A stretch of 64,000 nt of DNA, from assembly GCA_976226885.1 (NCBI GenBank), contig OZ320318.1:73222001-73286000 (forward strand), given 5' to 3'. The position numbers and the translations under genes are program-made. Of the stretch, positions 1-13,013 are shown in pieces; position 1 is the stretch's first letter; each line of letters begins with the position of its first letter. The notes below the pieces were generated by a model. It ran no database searches. It saw only the letters and a program-made list of their open reading frames with translations, and was not told where the DNA came from. The stretch comes from Iphione sp. A-MEVVRFRX5. Taxonomy: Eukaryota.

Positions 1-1019
1 AGAGTGCACATGTATGTGTATCGCTTCACAGTAGGCACAAAGACATGAGCGAAAAGCGACAACTGTCGAGTGTTGTGTGCATCGTGGTCAACTGTAAATT
101 TGCCTGAGTAACTAACAGAAGAAAATACATCATGTACATACATTATAAAAGTGAAGTCAGGATATTCATATTTACAACCAAGATTGGCAAAATAGGACAG
201 GTTTACAATTAAACTGGCAGAACGCGAGTTTAAATAGCACATAAAACCTGGAGCATGCACAAAACGTATCAAACATCTACCATAAATCTTTACAATATAT
301 GTAGAATTTTTTGTGGTTACTCCTATTTCTCCGTATGTACACATATAGAGATGCAAAATAAAGATTTCTATCTATCTATCTATTTATTCTACCTTGTGGT
401 TTAGGCCTCATATACATGTACCCCTGTTTTAACAGCCATGATTAGCCCTTATTCTTTAATGTATACATTTACTTATAACCTGGAGGGCTTCTGTGTAGCC
501 ATACTTGTTCTGTCAAACACAGACCCGTCCCAATTTCCAGTGGACAGGAACGCAGAGATGATGGAAGAAAAAGAGTGAAAACAGCCGTGGAAACACGGAT
601 CATGAAAACACAACCATGGAAACACGGGTAAGTGCATATGTCGGTATGAAATGACCTAGCAAAGAGAGCACTAGGAGACAGCACGGGAGATGAACAGTAT
701 TGGAAGCAACAAAATCGCCAGATTCACACCGCTGGATGGTACCTGTACAGCGAGGGGGTGTTTGTAGAGGCACAGGTGTTATGCAGACTGTTATGGATGG
801 ATGCCTCTGGGGAAGCAGATAATTGCAGACACATGAACGCTGGTGTGGGGCGCAACCCGAGGAAGAACTGAACTGATGGAGTGGCGGCACTTAAAGATGG
901 AGGATCCGCACTTTTGACACTAGATGATAAAAGGCTGTTGTTCAGCACAACCTTGAAAGATGGATATCTGCCAGGGTACATCCACGCAACACGGCAGATA
1001 GACACACACAAATAAATAT

Positions 1020-1265
1020 AGAGAGAAATGGAAGGAGACAAGGTCAGTGGAAGAAAGATTGATGCAGAAGGTAGGGGACTGAGAAAAAGAGGGGGAGAGG
1101 GAGGAGGTAGAGTGAAACAGAGAAAAAAGGCCTGTAGAAGAGTACATGAAAGAAACATGGAAAGAAGGCAGGTAGAATCAGATAAAAATGAGAGAAATGG
1201 CGACAGAGCAAGAGAAGGGAAGAGAAAAGGGCGAGGAGAAAGGGCGAGGGAGAGAGAATGAGAGA
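1020..1265. repeat. Purine-rich (GA-type) low-complexity tract; similar tracts at ~37375-37580 and ~39790-40100
   Basis: Strong purine strand bias, which produces spurious E/R/K/G-rich ORFs. Confidence 0.8.
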
Positions 1266-1423
1266 GTTTAGACCATGACACTTTGCTGGAGGCATTTATA
1301 AGGTATATACAAGTACTAGTAGTCACTAAAAATGTCCAAGTGCATGTTAACAGGAAAAACCCGTCGGTGATGAATGATTAATCTATAGATCAATAATTCT
1401 CCTGCCAAGAAGTGTTACTTGGA

Positions 1424-2035
1424 ATGACAGGAAGCCAGATTTCCACCATAGGCGCTCCTTCCCCGCCCACAACGGATATGCAGGTTAGACGGAGTCATTT
1501 TTTTCCTACGATTTACGCTGAGCATTTCTAAGTAGATAAAGGAATTCTCTAAACAAAGTACACAGGAGAATACGTGGACATTTCAGGGTATGATTATGTG
1601 CTTGGATTAAACGTAGCATAAGTAAGAATAGAGTTAACGAGGGTAGCTGTGACGGAGGATTTATTACTTCCTTACCTGGAATCGCGTGGCATCTGAAGGA
1701 TGTTTTATGTTCAGATATGGGAGTCGCGCAGTGAGTGGCGTAGCAGGCAAATGGCCAGCCATGAAACATATCATGTGACCGTGTCTGGCTGAACAATCGC
1801 AGCGGGGGAGACAAGTTTAGCTAAGAAAGGCTTCGGGATTCGTGCATTGAAGTTTGTTATAAAGAGAGGGCAGGTCAAAGCAAATCCGGCATGTCATATT
1901 TGATCAGGTGTGATTGCTGTTTGTAGAAGCAGTGCGGGTTGGGTTCAGGGAAAACATCATACGAGTAGGTGTTCTAAGGTGGAGATTTATGATGGAGGCT
2001 GGGAGCAGGGTATAAGGTGCACCTGGTGAATAGAC
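1424..2035 (-). pseudogene. Possible decayed SGNH-esterase relic of an older retroelement
   Basis: Minus-strand fragments VYSPGA (2018-2035) and MTPSNLHIRCGRGRSAYGGNLASCH (1424-1498) resemble HYYPGA and TPYTGNIIHGRCNGR...DGCH of the intact esterase. There are stops and frameshifts between them. Eyeball alignment only. Confidence 0.3.
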
Positions 2036-5000
2036 GGGCACGTAGAGTAATCGGTAACTATAGGCATCACCGGCATCAGTCTCTGCAGGATTATATATAC
2101 ATTGTATACGACACGTTACCACCGCCAGTAAGGCTTCAATACCACACAGTAGGAGGTGGGGAGGCAGTGCACCCTGAAGGGGTTGGAGGGTTACTTGTCT
2201 GGGTAGAGAGGTGGCTGCCGCGGCAGGGAGCAAAGGCCACAGAAAGCTCTGCGGTGGCATCGGGCCAAGTACTTGTGGCACTGATGCAACGGTGGGGAGA
2301 GCCCCGGGGGGTGAGCGTTTTGGTGGCGAGGCAGCTGGTAGTGATGGCGGTGATGATGATGGTGCGAGAGGTACTCAGGGAGGAGGCGGCCAACTAGACA
2401 AACACCATCACACGCTCCCCGCCATGGGCTACGGGGCGAGGATGAAAGCAGCGGCGGTGCTGTGACACAGACGCGGCGACAAACAGACACGTGTAGGTAC
2501 ACATCAGGTGCGTAGTCCCCGGTTTTAGCCCCAAGGAAGCCCGCAGTATGCAAGTGAGCAAGCGTGCAGACCAGCATAGATGTACAGGCAGATTATTCCG
2601 ATTTGTACACACATAGCTACAAAGACGCACATAAGGGGCGGGTCTGTTCTAGACAGATAACATGCTATCATCGACTTCCGTGCAGACATGTTCATAAACG
2701 ACTATCCCACTGTCTCTATCGTTGTACAATGTCCCACGCAATATTACACACGCATAAGCATTTGCAAACGAAAGCCCCAAGATGCAAAGAATATGCCCCC
2801 ACGTTTACCTTATTCCTGCTGCTCGGTTGACAGTGACAACAGCCCGAAGTTGTCTGCGGGGTTCTCCTCCAGGTCCGCTGTGATCATTGGGTGTATGTCA
2901 ACAAATACAGCAACGCACCTACGTGATCGCCAGGGGCGCCACCTTTCAGATCTCGAATGTCGAAAATAGTCGGGCCAGTAGACCGAGGCGGATACATCTA
3001 CAATGGAAACTCTATACAGGGCCGTTACCGTTGGTTCCACTCACTTTATCACCATAAACAGACGTGAGCACTGCAGAAAGGCAGTTTGGTGTGTACAACA
3101 GAACCTCACGACAGCAGACATGCAAGACAGGAGACACCACTGGGTGCACTCTATGCGGCAACAGCACCATAATCTAGTATAGTTCATGAGACAAAATATG
3201 CTCATTGCAAGTAAAAGGTAAGAGCCCAGTAAGAAAGATTCCTCGCTGATGTCAGGAATAATTACGATACGGAGTAGTAACAGACATCAAATTACATGTA
3301 TCGTGAGCACATCTCATGCTGGCAGTGATGGCTCATTGTGGCTTTAATAATGGGGTTGACGATGTAACGAGAAAATGCCCTCCAAGAAAGCCCTTAGATC
3401 GGAAGTGGAGAAATGTTTTTTTTTCTGAATGCACCTGATGCATCAATGGAATGAATACTGGTAAAACCTACCGACTAATTTTTGGTGACGTCTTCAGGGT
3501 TTCTTGGGGGAGGACGTGTACAAAAAATGGTCAAATTAAGGGAGTGAAGCCAGACTGGAGCAACCAAATCGAGCACTTGTCATGGCCGAAGTGGACGGTT
3601 ATTTTCAGTACTGCTCTCTGATTGGCTAAGTGAATGCATGAGCATGTGATATTAAAGGTAGGTCTAGATTACGTGCAGGAGGGTCGAGTAAGATATATTT
3701 TAGAATAACGAACAGTTGTTACAAAATGTAGAAATGTATGGGACCTCCTGTAAAACCGAGGCAGTAATTGTCATTGATTCAAATGCCAAGTTTTGGGTGG
3801 TATCGTCTTAAGTTTCCCCTTGGCTATACATTTGGCGGTAGTTCTTTAAAATCACCAAAATGATTCCGAACATTTCGGTAGGTGTGATGAATGACACTCA
3901 TTCACGGTGTTAGTGATAGTCTTTGCTGCTCTGCCTGTTCTTATACCGTCGTGTACCTGGCGGTTGCTGTAGACAATTGGCACAGTGAATGTTGACTACT
4001 GTACAGGTAAACCTTCACGATTTGTTTTCTCATCAACATTTTCATATCCTTAGTATAGATGCTATGGTCAAGCTGAAACGGTTTTGCAGTTCTGTGTTTA
4101 TTAGCATTGTAGAACTTTGCACCTGTACAAAGGTATTTGCATCCTGCGTAAAGGAGCATATTCTTATCACGTTTGTCATGATAACGGAGTTATCTTCATC
4201 GTTTCTCTTTTATCGACCTGCCACTATTCGCATCATAATCTCCTATAATCCCATTAATGAAGATGGTATTAATCTTGCGACAGACAGTGCCTCCAGACGG
4301 GAGTTCAGTCACCAATACTATTTAAAATTATTTGTGGATCGGACCCCCCAATAAAACCACCCGTCAAAAGAAGGAGAAAAAAACTGTAGACCTCCTCAAA
4401 AGGTTCCCCCTTTATTCATGTTTTACAGCAGAATCCATCAAAGCAACGGGACGCTGCGCCCGAGGCACTATGTGAAGTGTGATGCTGTTCTTTTTAAGTG
4501 TCCACTGTGTAATAACATCAATAAACAGCGACCCTGCAGCCCAGGCCACCCAACTGTTGCCTCTGTGTGAATCTTTCATGGTCCCCAGTAGGTAGCAGGC
4601 GCCTCGTCTGTATTGACGTTAATGCAAAGGGAACCGGTTCTTGAACCTGGGCTTTTTTTCCACGCCATTGCCAGAGGGCAACTAGGGAATGCTGACTTGA
4701 AACTGGGAAATAAAAAATTATTTTTCCCCCCAAAAGACGTTGTTTCCACAGCCATCCTTGAATATTTCAGTAACAGAGAAAATTTAGATGTTCTATGGGC
4801 CAAGAAGAATGTGTTAAAAATCCTCATTTTTCAGTCGAGCTCCCTAACTTTCCGCATTTCCTTTGTCAACTACACAGATCAATGCCGGTTATTGCTGATT
4901 TTTTTTCGCTTGAGTGCAACTCAGGCATCACAAATATGACCAAGTATCAATATCATATAAACATCTCATCTCTCTGGTCTGTGATGTACAACGATGAGAT

Positions 5001-5383
5001 ATCTAATGAATAACTTTCTAATGTCGCGCAAGTATAAGTATATGGATTCTTGAAGATTGTCATTTTTCTATTCCATCTAGAAAGCAACCAGATATTTTAG
5101 GGCTTTTGCTTGGCTTCCCAATGACTTTTTTTATATAGGACGTGGGTGATCTCCAGCTCCCCTCGTTGTTCAATGTAAACACGGGTCCAACACTGTGAAT
5201 AGACTGATCGGCCCCACCCTACACCTCGCACGCCGCGGTAGGACATCAAAGATTAAAGAAGTCCAACACCATACGATTGCTTCACACTGCCCACATCCTT
5301 GCTTCAAACGCACCCAACGCTACTCTGCCGCTTGCCCTCCCCCTACGGCTTGCCCTTCCACCAGGCGGCTAACGGGCGTCTCT

Positions 5384-5477
5384 TGCGCATGCGCCGAGTG
5401 GGTCACTCTAACGTTGATCTCATCTGATTTGCGCACGCGCACCGCATGAGTTACAACGTCCGGGTCGGGGTCACGTG
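5384..5477. promoter_or_regulatory. Housekeeping-type promoter motif cluster
   Basis: NRF1-type TGCGCATGCGC (5384-5394) and TGCGCACGCGCA (5430-5441), plus E-box CACGTG (5472-5477), in CpG-rich DNA. Confidence 0.38.
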
Positions 5478-8400
5478 GCTAGGGGTTGCTAGTTAGCAGA
5501 CATGCTGGTAGGTGGGCTGTGCAAGAAGGAGTACGACTAGCCTAGTGGTCTAGGCAGCGAGGTGGGTTTTTTTTTAGCTTGAGGAGGCCGGGGGGCGGAG
5601 AAGCTCTGCGTCGCTACCGTAGCCGGAGGCAATTTCAGCATAACAATCTGTGTGCGTGAGATAGACATACCTACAATAGGAAAGAGAGAAAATTGAAAAA
5701 AGGTAACATGATAAGAAAGAGAGTGGGAAAAGGGACAAAGGAGCCAGGTTCAGAGAACGAAATTTTAGTTTCAGTTAGAAAGTGGGCTGATCTCTAGAAG
5801 AGACAATGCTGGTACTGTAACCAGTTTTTTTATAACATTTGTTTATTTCTGAAATTTTTTGGGTAGGACTAATGGCCTTACATTTCCAGGTTCGTCCTTG
5901 TGATTGTATACGACAATATGGCTTATACTCTACATGTATCTTTGTAACCATTTTTATCATGTTACTTTTTAAGGAGTGTGAGAATAAAGAATAGAGAATT
6001 AGGTATGCGTTATATAGAGACTGCTGTAGGGAAATAGCAGTATTTGATCCCTCGTATCTGCTAGACAACAGTATGAAATGCTGGCTTAATACTAATAAAG
6101 CTTTGAACCCTGGGCTTTATATATGCTTCCATTCGCCGGTCTATATCCTAATCTTCACAAGGTATCTCCGTCCTGTGATAATCGATACAGACCTCGACTC
6201 AGCGTATGGCTTCGCGCTTTAAGCAATTTGCAGGGCCTGCTGCGACTGGAAGCGATACCGAAAAGTTAATGCAATTGGTACAATCAAAACAATCCATGCA
6301 ATTAAAGGCTGAGGGATGCTACACAGGGCGGCGAGGAGTGAGGTATAACTACTTGTGACGGTGGCGGCGCCAGTGTAATCTAATGCAGTAGTCCTGTCTT
6401 TGCTAGTGGGCTAATTGAATCTCCATACACACGAGGGCGCTGTCGTCTCCTCTTATCTGTGCATTATCATCGTGCCGGTCCCTGCGTGTGGCTTCCAACT
6501 TTCACCTGGGCGGCCCCTGCTCTCTTATTGTGCAGAGGCACGCTAATATTTAACACGCAAGTGCGCAAATAATGCAGAGTAGGTAGCGCGTGTTTGGTAA
6601 CACTATCCGCCGCCACTAGTTGAATCTGAAATCTTTTTGAAGAGTCGGGAATCTCACACAAGTAGCTTTCTATGTGTTTAGCCATCTCAGTGTTGTCGAC
6701 TGCTTGTGGCGCTTCCCAGAGGAGTGTTTTTTTTTAAGTCGGTACTTATCTTGGAAGTTCAGACGCTATATTCGTGAGCGAACTTTTGCGCTTAAAACCT
6801 GTATGTAATTAAAGGACAGGTACCCTCCCTTTAATTCTCCAATACATTTTACTGTCGGTGATGCCCACGTATCCTACACACAGTTGGTACGTGACATCGA
6901 GGCGAGTCATATATCGCATTGTTGTCTGCACCGATAAATGTACGAAGCTAGAGAATGGCAATACTCTTGTCCGTTACCTGTACCGTACATCTGACCTGAG
7001 AGGTAACCACGGGCAGACTAGTTGACAACAGCTTCCTTACCGCTTGCCGCCTCGATCACAGTCCACCCGATTTCATCGTGGGGGTGGCGGGGGGGGGGGG
7101 CAAAGGACCTGGGGGTGGGTGGGATGGGTCGGGGATTTGGGGCAGAGGCCGTGATGAAGAAGCCGCCTTCGGCTTCCGCTTCCGTCCTTAGCGTCTGAAA
7201 AAGGCGCAGTGAAAAAGGTGACAGCAGTGGCATGACTGGCTGTCGGTGGCTGGCTGGGTGCTGTCAACCCATTTTTGTTGCAGGGGCAGGCGCCTCGTCT
7301 GAAGCTGATAGCTTTCCGTCTCTGTATCCAACTTTGTATCTGTCATCTACCCTTTTTTCGTGTGCTTCTCTCCTTGCCTCATGGTTAACTACTCTCTCAA
7401 CCTCTGTATCTCCAAACTTTCTTGCCTACTCTGCTGTGTTTGCCTCATAGTACTGCTGTACGCACTCAGCCCATTAGATCCTCTACTCATCTTTGAACAC
7501 ATCGGTAAATGTTAAAAGTATATATTTTCTTTTGTCGTCTTAGAGGAAAGCAGTTACTGCCATAATTGCAAGTATGTGTATCCTTGATAATGTACTCTAT
7601 GATGTATATATTTGTTGCTCAAGATGAAAGGAAAGCCCTTTTTCATTAGATCGTCGCTAAGGATTTCTGATGCCTCCTGCTTCGCATTAAGTTGCCTACA
7701 TACAGGAAGTCTTTGCCACCCGAAGTCACTGTTTTCAACAGAATACACACATGTTAACTAGTGAATGGCCTGTGCCGGAATGCAGAGACTACGGCTACAT
7801 TTCTAGCTACCTGACGCTATCGGACACCTTTTCAGGAGACGTAAGCCTGTATATCTGCGCTCCGAGTGGGCTGCTTTCATCCCATTAACACTAAAATACA
7901 CCAAATCCCGCCGGTTTTCCTTTGCGACCATTCATGGCATTCTCTCAACCTCTACCGCCGTCCCAAATTCCCCATCACAGAGTTAGGGACACGGCTCCCA
8001 GAGTGAATAGAACGACTCAGGTATGAGCACTCCATGAGCTGCTCGACGGCGGGTCGGCACTGCGGGCGAGCAGCCCATTTAATTAGGCGCTCACACCTTG
8101 GCCACAAAGACAGCCTCCCGGCCCGCACTGCTGTCGCCTTGGGGCGGTGGTGGCTTGGAGGACGGGTAAGGGACTCCCGACGCCGAAATGTTTACGTTAG
8201 ACGCAGCGAATATAAAGCGTGACAGTAACTCGGCCCTCGACATCAATCACGCTAATGTGGCCACACAGGCCCCTCCCACTATCCTACTCTCCCAACGGGC
8301 ACTACTACCACATCCTTCGCACTCTTCCCATTCGGGGGAGGCTACCTCTCTCTTCACCTCCTGCCGACTCTCCCCATCTCCGCCTCAAACCTGACCGCTC

Positions 8401-11400
8401 TGCTGTTTATTGGTCTCACGCACACAGACGCACATCCTCGAGCATTTTCACTCTCACACATGGCTGATTACACACAGATGCACACGCAGACCAACAGCGT
8501 AACCTTCATACACACCCAATTTACTCGCTCGCTGACCATCCTTCATTCCATTAAACACCCTGCGCCATTTGTACGCTTACATGGATGCACACAGGCACAT
8601 AAACATGGACGAATACATTTAATCAAATTAACATACATACACGCCAGCCCCTGTCCTGTCCACCACCCGCCGGTCTATCTGTCCCGACTTACATTTGTAA
8701 TTGCTCAAGCCCTACCCCGAATGGGTGCAGTGTGTCCCCAGAGACGGGAGCGATTTTAACAATCGCTCTAGCCAGCCGTATGTACCACACGTAACGTCCT
8801 TCGGGGACAGGCAGAGAAGTTATCAATAAAAGCCAGGTACTCAATCACCGACAAGGGGTGGCTGAGTGTACACTCGCAGGGGAAACGCTTGGCAGAGATA
8901 CGCTAATCTATCGGAAAATTGTGTTTAAAAACACTCTACCCCCTTCACGAGTTGTACAAGAAATCAGAACATTAACATGACAGTTGATCATGCTCAATGA
9001 CTCAGCATCCTGGATATAAATACATCTATGATTAAAACATGTTCCAGCATCATCAATAGCAAAGTCAGACCTTTGTTGTTTATCATCAAAGACATCAACA
9101 TATCCATGCGCAGTTTATATCAAAAGCGTATGTAAAGAAATGCATGTAGTCACAAATAAATGTTACCGCGGATGCCGTCATTTTATAGATATCCATTGTG
9201 TACATATATATTTATATAAATGAAACGTATAGGATCTTAAATCAGGTGGAATTTCTGCATGGATTTCTGTATACAAATAGCGTAGACCAAAAACGTTCTT
9301 TTTTACGACTGGATGTTTCACATTGCCTGCCTGCCTTCTTAAAAGCACCATTTGGTTCTACTTCTTACATTGTGGAAAGTAGACGCGGACATGGTGCACT
9401 GCACTTAGGTGCGGCGAGGCTCCCATTGTAGAGAGTATTTCCCTTCCGGTGGCCAACAAGTATATCAACGCATGGATATATATATATATATGGATATACA
9501 TGTATATGCATACATTTACTGATAGAATTACAAAAGATAAGACTAATTCAGCAAATTAGTTGAAGTACTATGCAAAATACGACTCTAGCTCCCTGGCTTC
9601 TTGCAATTCTGCAGTGGGTCTCAAAACCCATGCCGGGGAAAACTCCATTGTATTTTGTTTAATCCCGAGACAATAATCTATGGCAGTCATAAAGGAAATA
9701 CATTCGGTGAGATGTGACTTTAGAAAATACATAAGGAACTAACGGACAATGTAATTCATCCTTCCCCCGTCCCTCTTACCGTGATAACTATCACATGTCC
9801 AGGGAAAGCTTTACTGAGCTGTCGGTTCGCTTTGGTCAGTGTATTCATGTTATGGTTGAATGCCGTGATCCATTTAAATCAATAAATCCCTTAGCATCTT
9901 ACAACATAGGTTAAAGGTGCCCGTCATTCTCCTGTCACTGTAGTGAGCTTAAAACGTGTTGAGCTTACAATAAACATATCGTATTACTTGAGTGTGTACA
10001 TTGGCTGGTCCAAATTGATACACAGTTTGTACGAAGAATACATTAGATTAGCCCGGAGGAAAACCTTGCGACCACACCCAGCCAGAGAAGGGGCACACCT
10101 GTGCTTTTTTCTTAACCTTTGGCATGTCCTACAAGTGCGTAAAGATCCGATGTTTACACTCACTCATGCACACACCCCCAAATCCCTATTTAGTAGTCGA
10201 ACCAGAGAGCAGAGGCGGCTGCCAAACTAGCTCTGAGAACAGGTAATCAAACTAAGAACATGGCACTGGGAGAAATAACACTCTATACCACTACAACGTA
10301 CCAATTCCCAGGTCAGCCATACTCAGTTATATGAGGTGCACATGTCCGTTAGGCAACCTCATTTCATTAAGGTACATACCTCGTCCATATGGTGTTTAAT
10401 TAAATTATGGACCCATATAAGTATAGCATATTAATGCAGAGGTAACAACTGTGCAGTGACGAACCGTTCTTGACCCCTCCCTGGTTAAAGGCTGTAGGCA
10501 AGGATTCGTCTAGCATTCCGGTTTCAAATCTACTCTGAAGAGCTGAAAAGATTTTGATTACTCCTGGTTGACAGGGCTGGGTGACGTGTATGATACAGTA
10601 TCTCAGAACTTTGGTTCCTGACTCACCGCGATAAAGTGGACAGAACTACTTGTCCGTTAGTCTGAGTCATACGACCGAAACCGAATGCTACCGATCAAAT
10701 ATTCTTTGATACCAAGCCATCAGCCATTTTGTGGAAGCAGTATTTTCTTTGCAAACACTTGATAGGTTTGAATCTTTAAGGTCTGGTTTTGCTAAGAAAG
10801 AGGAGCCAGGGTCTTTCTATCACAGCCTTTCAAACACAGGCGGTTTTCTTTTCTTATGAGGCTTTTTAGTTTTTTAAGCCAGACGCTTAACATAGTAGCA
10901 GTTACGATTGTCTATTCTTAACCTCTCCGGGCCACCATCTCTAGCCTACATAACTTATCTTTCTCGACGGTTCTCTCTCGTTATGTGGACTGGTAAGTGC
11001 CGTTCTCCTTGCGCAATTTCCACGGGGCCCATCCATTGGTCAGGGTTCATTTGCCACAGAAAGGTTACCGCCGCCATCGTATTAGCAAGCAATAATGGGC
11101 ATGATGGTTCATTTAAAAGTGACCAATAAATTAGTCCCGTGTTTGAGTATGCTATTGCAGATCCAGTCGCCTCTGGGTGTGCTATCTTCGTAAAGACCGT
11201 GCCACTGTCAATACGTATGGTCTTATCTCCGGAGGTCTCTTTCTGTCTGTTGTCCTATCGTCCTGTCTCTATGCTTGTCCGTCCGTTTATATCTCTCTGT
11301 CTTCTGCGCGCCTTCTTTCCTTCGTTATTCCTTCATGTTCGCATGATGTCCCTTCCACATCGTACTAGCGTTGTATAGCACTCACCCGCTTCATCGTCAC

Positions 11401-12790
11401 CTCCATCTCATCTTGTGCCTCTTCTCCCTCTCTGTCTGCCCCATTTCTCCCGAAACACTATGTTGACCACCGTTGGTGGAATTTTTTTTCCTGTCCGCAG
11501 TCGTCTTACTTCTGCCTCTCGATATATTTACGGTACATGACAGAGAGCATGCATCATGAAGCTACCATTCTACATTGGAAAATGGTCGCAAAATCACCTA
11601 CAGTAGTCACGCGGTGGATGTGGCTTCTTTATTGGACGATGATAGCTTGTTGCTGGTAGTGCTTGCTCTGGGTATTGATCGAGTGGTTCTGATCAACAGC
11701 GGCGACGTCTACAATGTACCTTCTGCTATCAAAGTTGTAATACCCATTACCTGATCTTGTGCAACCAGCAGAGTTAAAACATGTTTCACGAGGTTGGCCG
11801 CAGACCGGTGTTTTCGTATGTTCTGTTCCATATAACCGCTTTCATAGGGTTTCCTGGCCTTGCTTTCAAGGCCGAATAGAGTCGGTTTCATTGGTTGCCG
11901 TCGTCGACACTATGCAACGCACTTGATCTGAAACAGTCACGTAAAGTTGATCAAATATAGAAGCATTATTTTCATCCGTAATGCATCTTCCTGTTCTCTC
12001 TGACTGGGTTTATCACCTGTTTTTATTGTTCAGCTTATTAGCAATTATTTTTCCATGAATGATCTCTCTCCTAGTCATTTTTGGCCCTTGTCTTCTACTT
12101 TTTCTCTATCTCTTTTTTTCTCTCCTGCTTCCCTCCCCCTGTTTCCCCTTCCCTCATCGTCCGGCTCTCCCTATCTGTGTCCATGTAGCGTTTTCCCTAT
12201 CCGATTTAGCATATGGACATCATAGTACTGTATAAATGCACAGGCCTCATGTCCTCCTTACACTCTTTCATTCCCACGCCCGCGTATTCCTTCATCCCAT
12301 ATTCATATACCTACCTCTCCAAGGCACAGTGGTTCGAGTTGCTAGTAGATGTAATCACCATCGACAGCCGTAACAGTCACAACGACACCTCCCTATTTAA
12401 CGACACTACCGCGTTATCGGCGCGCAGATGGTACTAGGGGAGAACCTGCTCTGACAATCACTTAACGTCTAGCAGCAAACTATTTCAGCCAATAAAACAA
12501 GGGGATCCCGACTTTGGAGGTCGCAGTCGCTCTCAAGGCTCACATGATCGACTCAGATTAGTCTGCAGCTCCTCGCGTGCGTTTCTCTAAATCTCCGCCA
12601 TGACAGATGAGGGCCAACCGCCACCCCGGAACACCCCGCTATTTTTATCCGCACCTCACCTCCCACTCGCCAGGTCGAATAATATTACCGTGAAGGAACA
12701 ACACTGAATAACAAAAGTCGTGTGGGCGATGTTCTATGTCACATTATTACGAATCTGTCATAGTTTTTTTCACCCTCCTCAAAACCCAAG

Positions 12791-12800
12791 ATAATGGCGG
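12791..12800 (+). promoter_or_regulatory. YY1-like motif at the presumed LINE 5' end (internal promoter candidate)
   Basis: ATAATGGCGG resembles the YY1 consensus AAnATGGCGG and lies ~220 nt upstream of the ORF1 ATG. This is a motif match only. Confidence 0.3.
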
Positions 12801-13013
12801 ACGGGTGAGGACGTATCACCGCTGAGGGGGAGCACAAAATCCGCTTCCATCGACGGAGTGCTGCACATATTGTCACGTATAACACTACAGATATATGGAG
12901 TATACGGTAAAGTATCCCTCTTTTACAAAATTATCGATAATCTAATCATTATTTCTGGTATTTTTGCATTTCTTTGTCAACGATTGATACTGGGCAAACC
13001 TAGCTGAGCGATA

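Noticed and set aside
4595-7301. Exact 16-bp direct repeat GCAGGCGCCTCGTCTG (4595-4610, 7286-7301)
   Set aside because: About one such match is expected by chance in 64 kb, and the flanks are unrelated.
12560-12600. HDV-like ribozyme loop (TCCTCGC) near the LINE 5' region; also GGCCGGC pairs at ~34627-34655
   Set aside because: No compatible P1/P2/P3 nested pseudoknot could be drawn.
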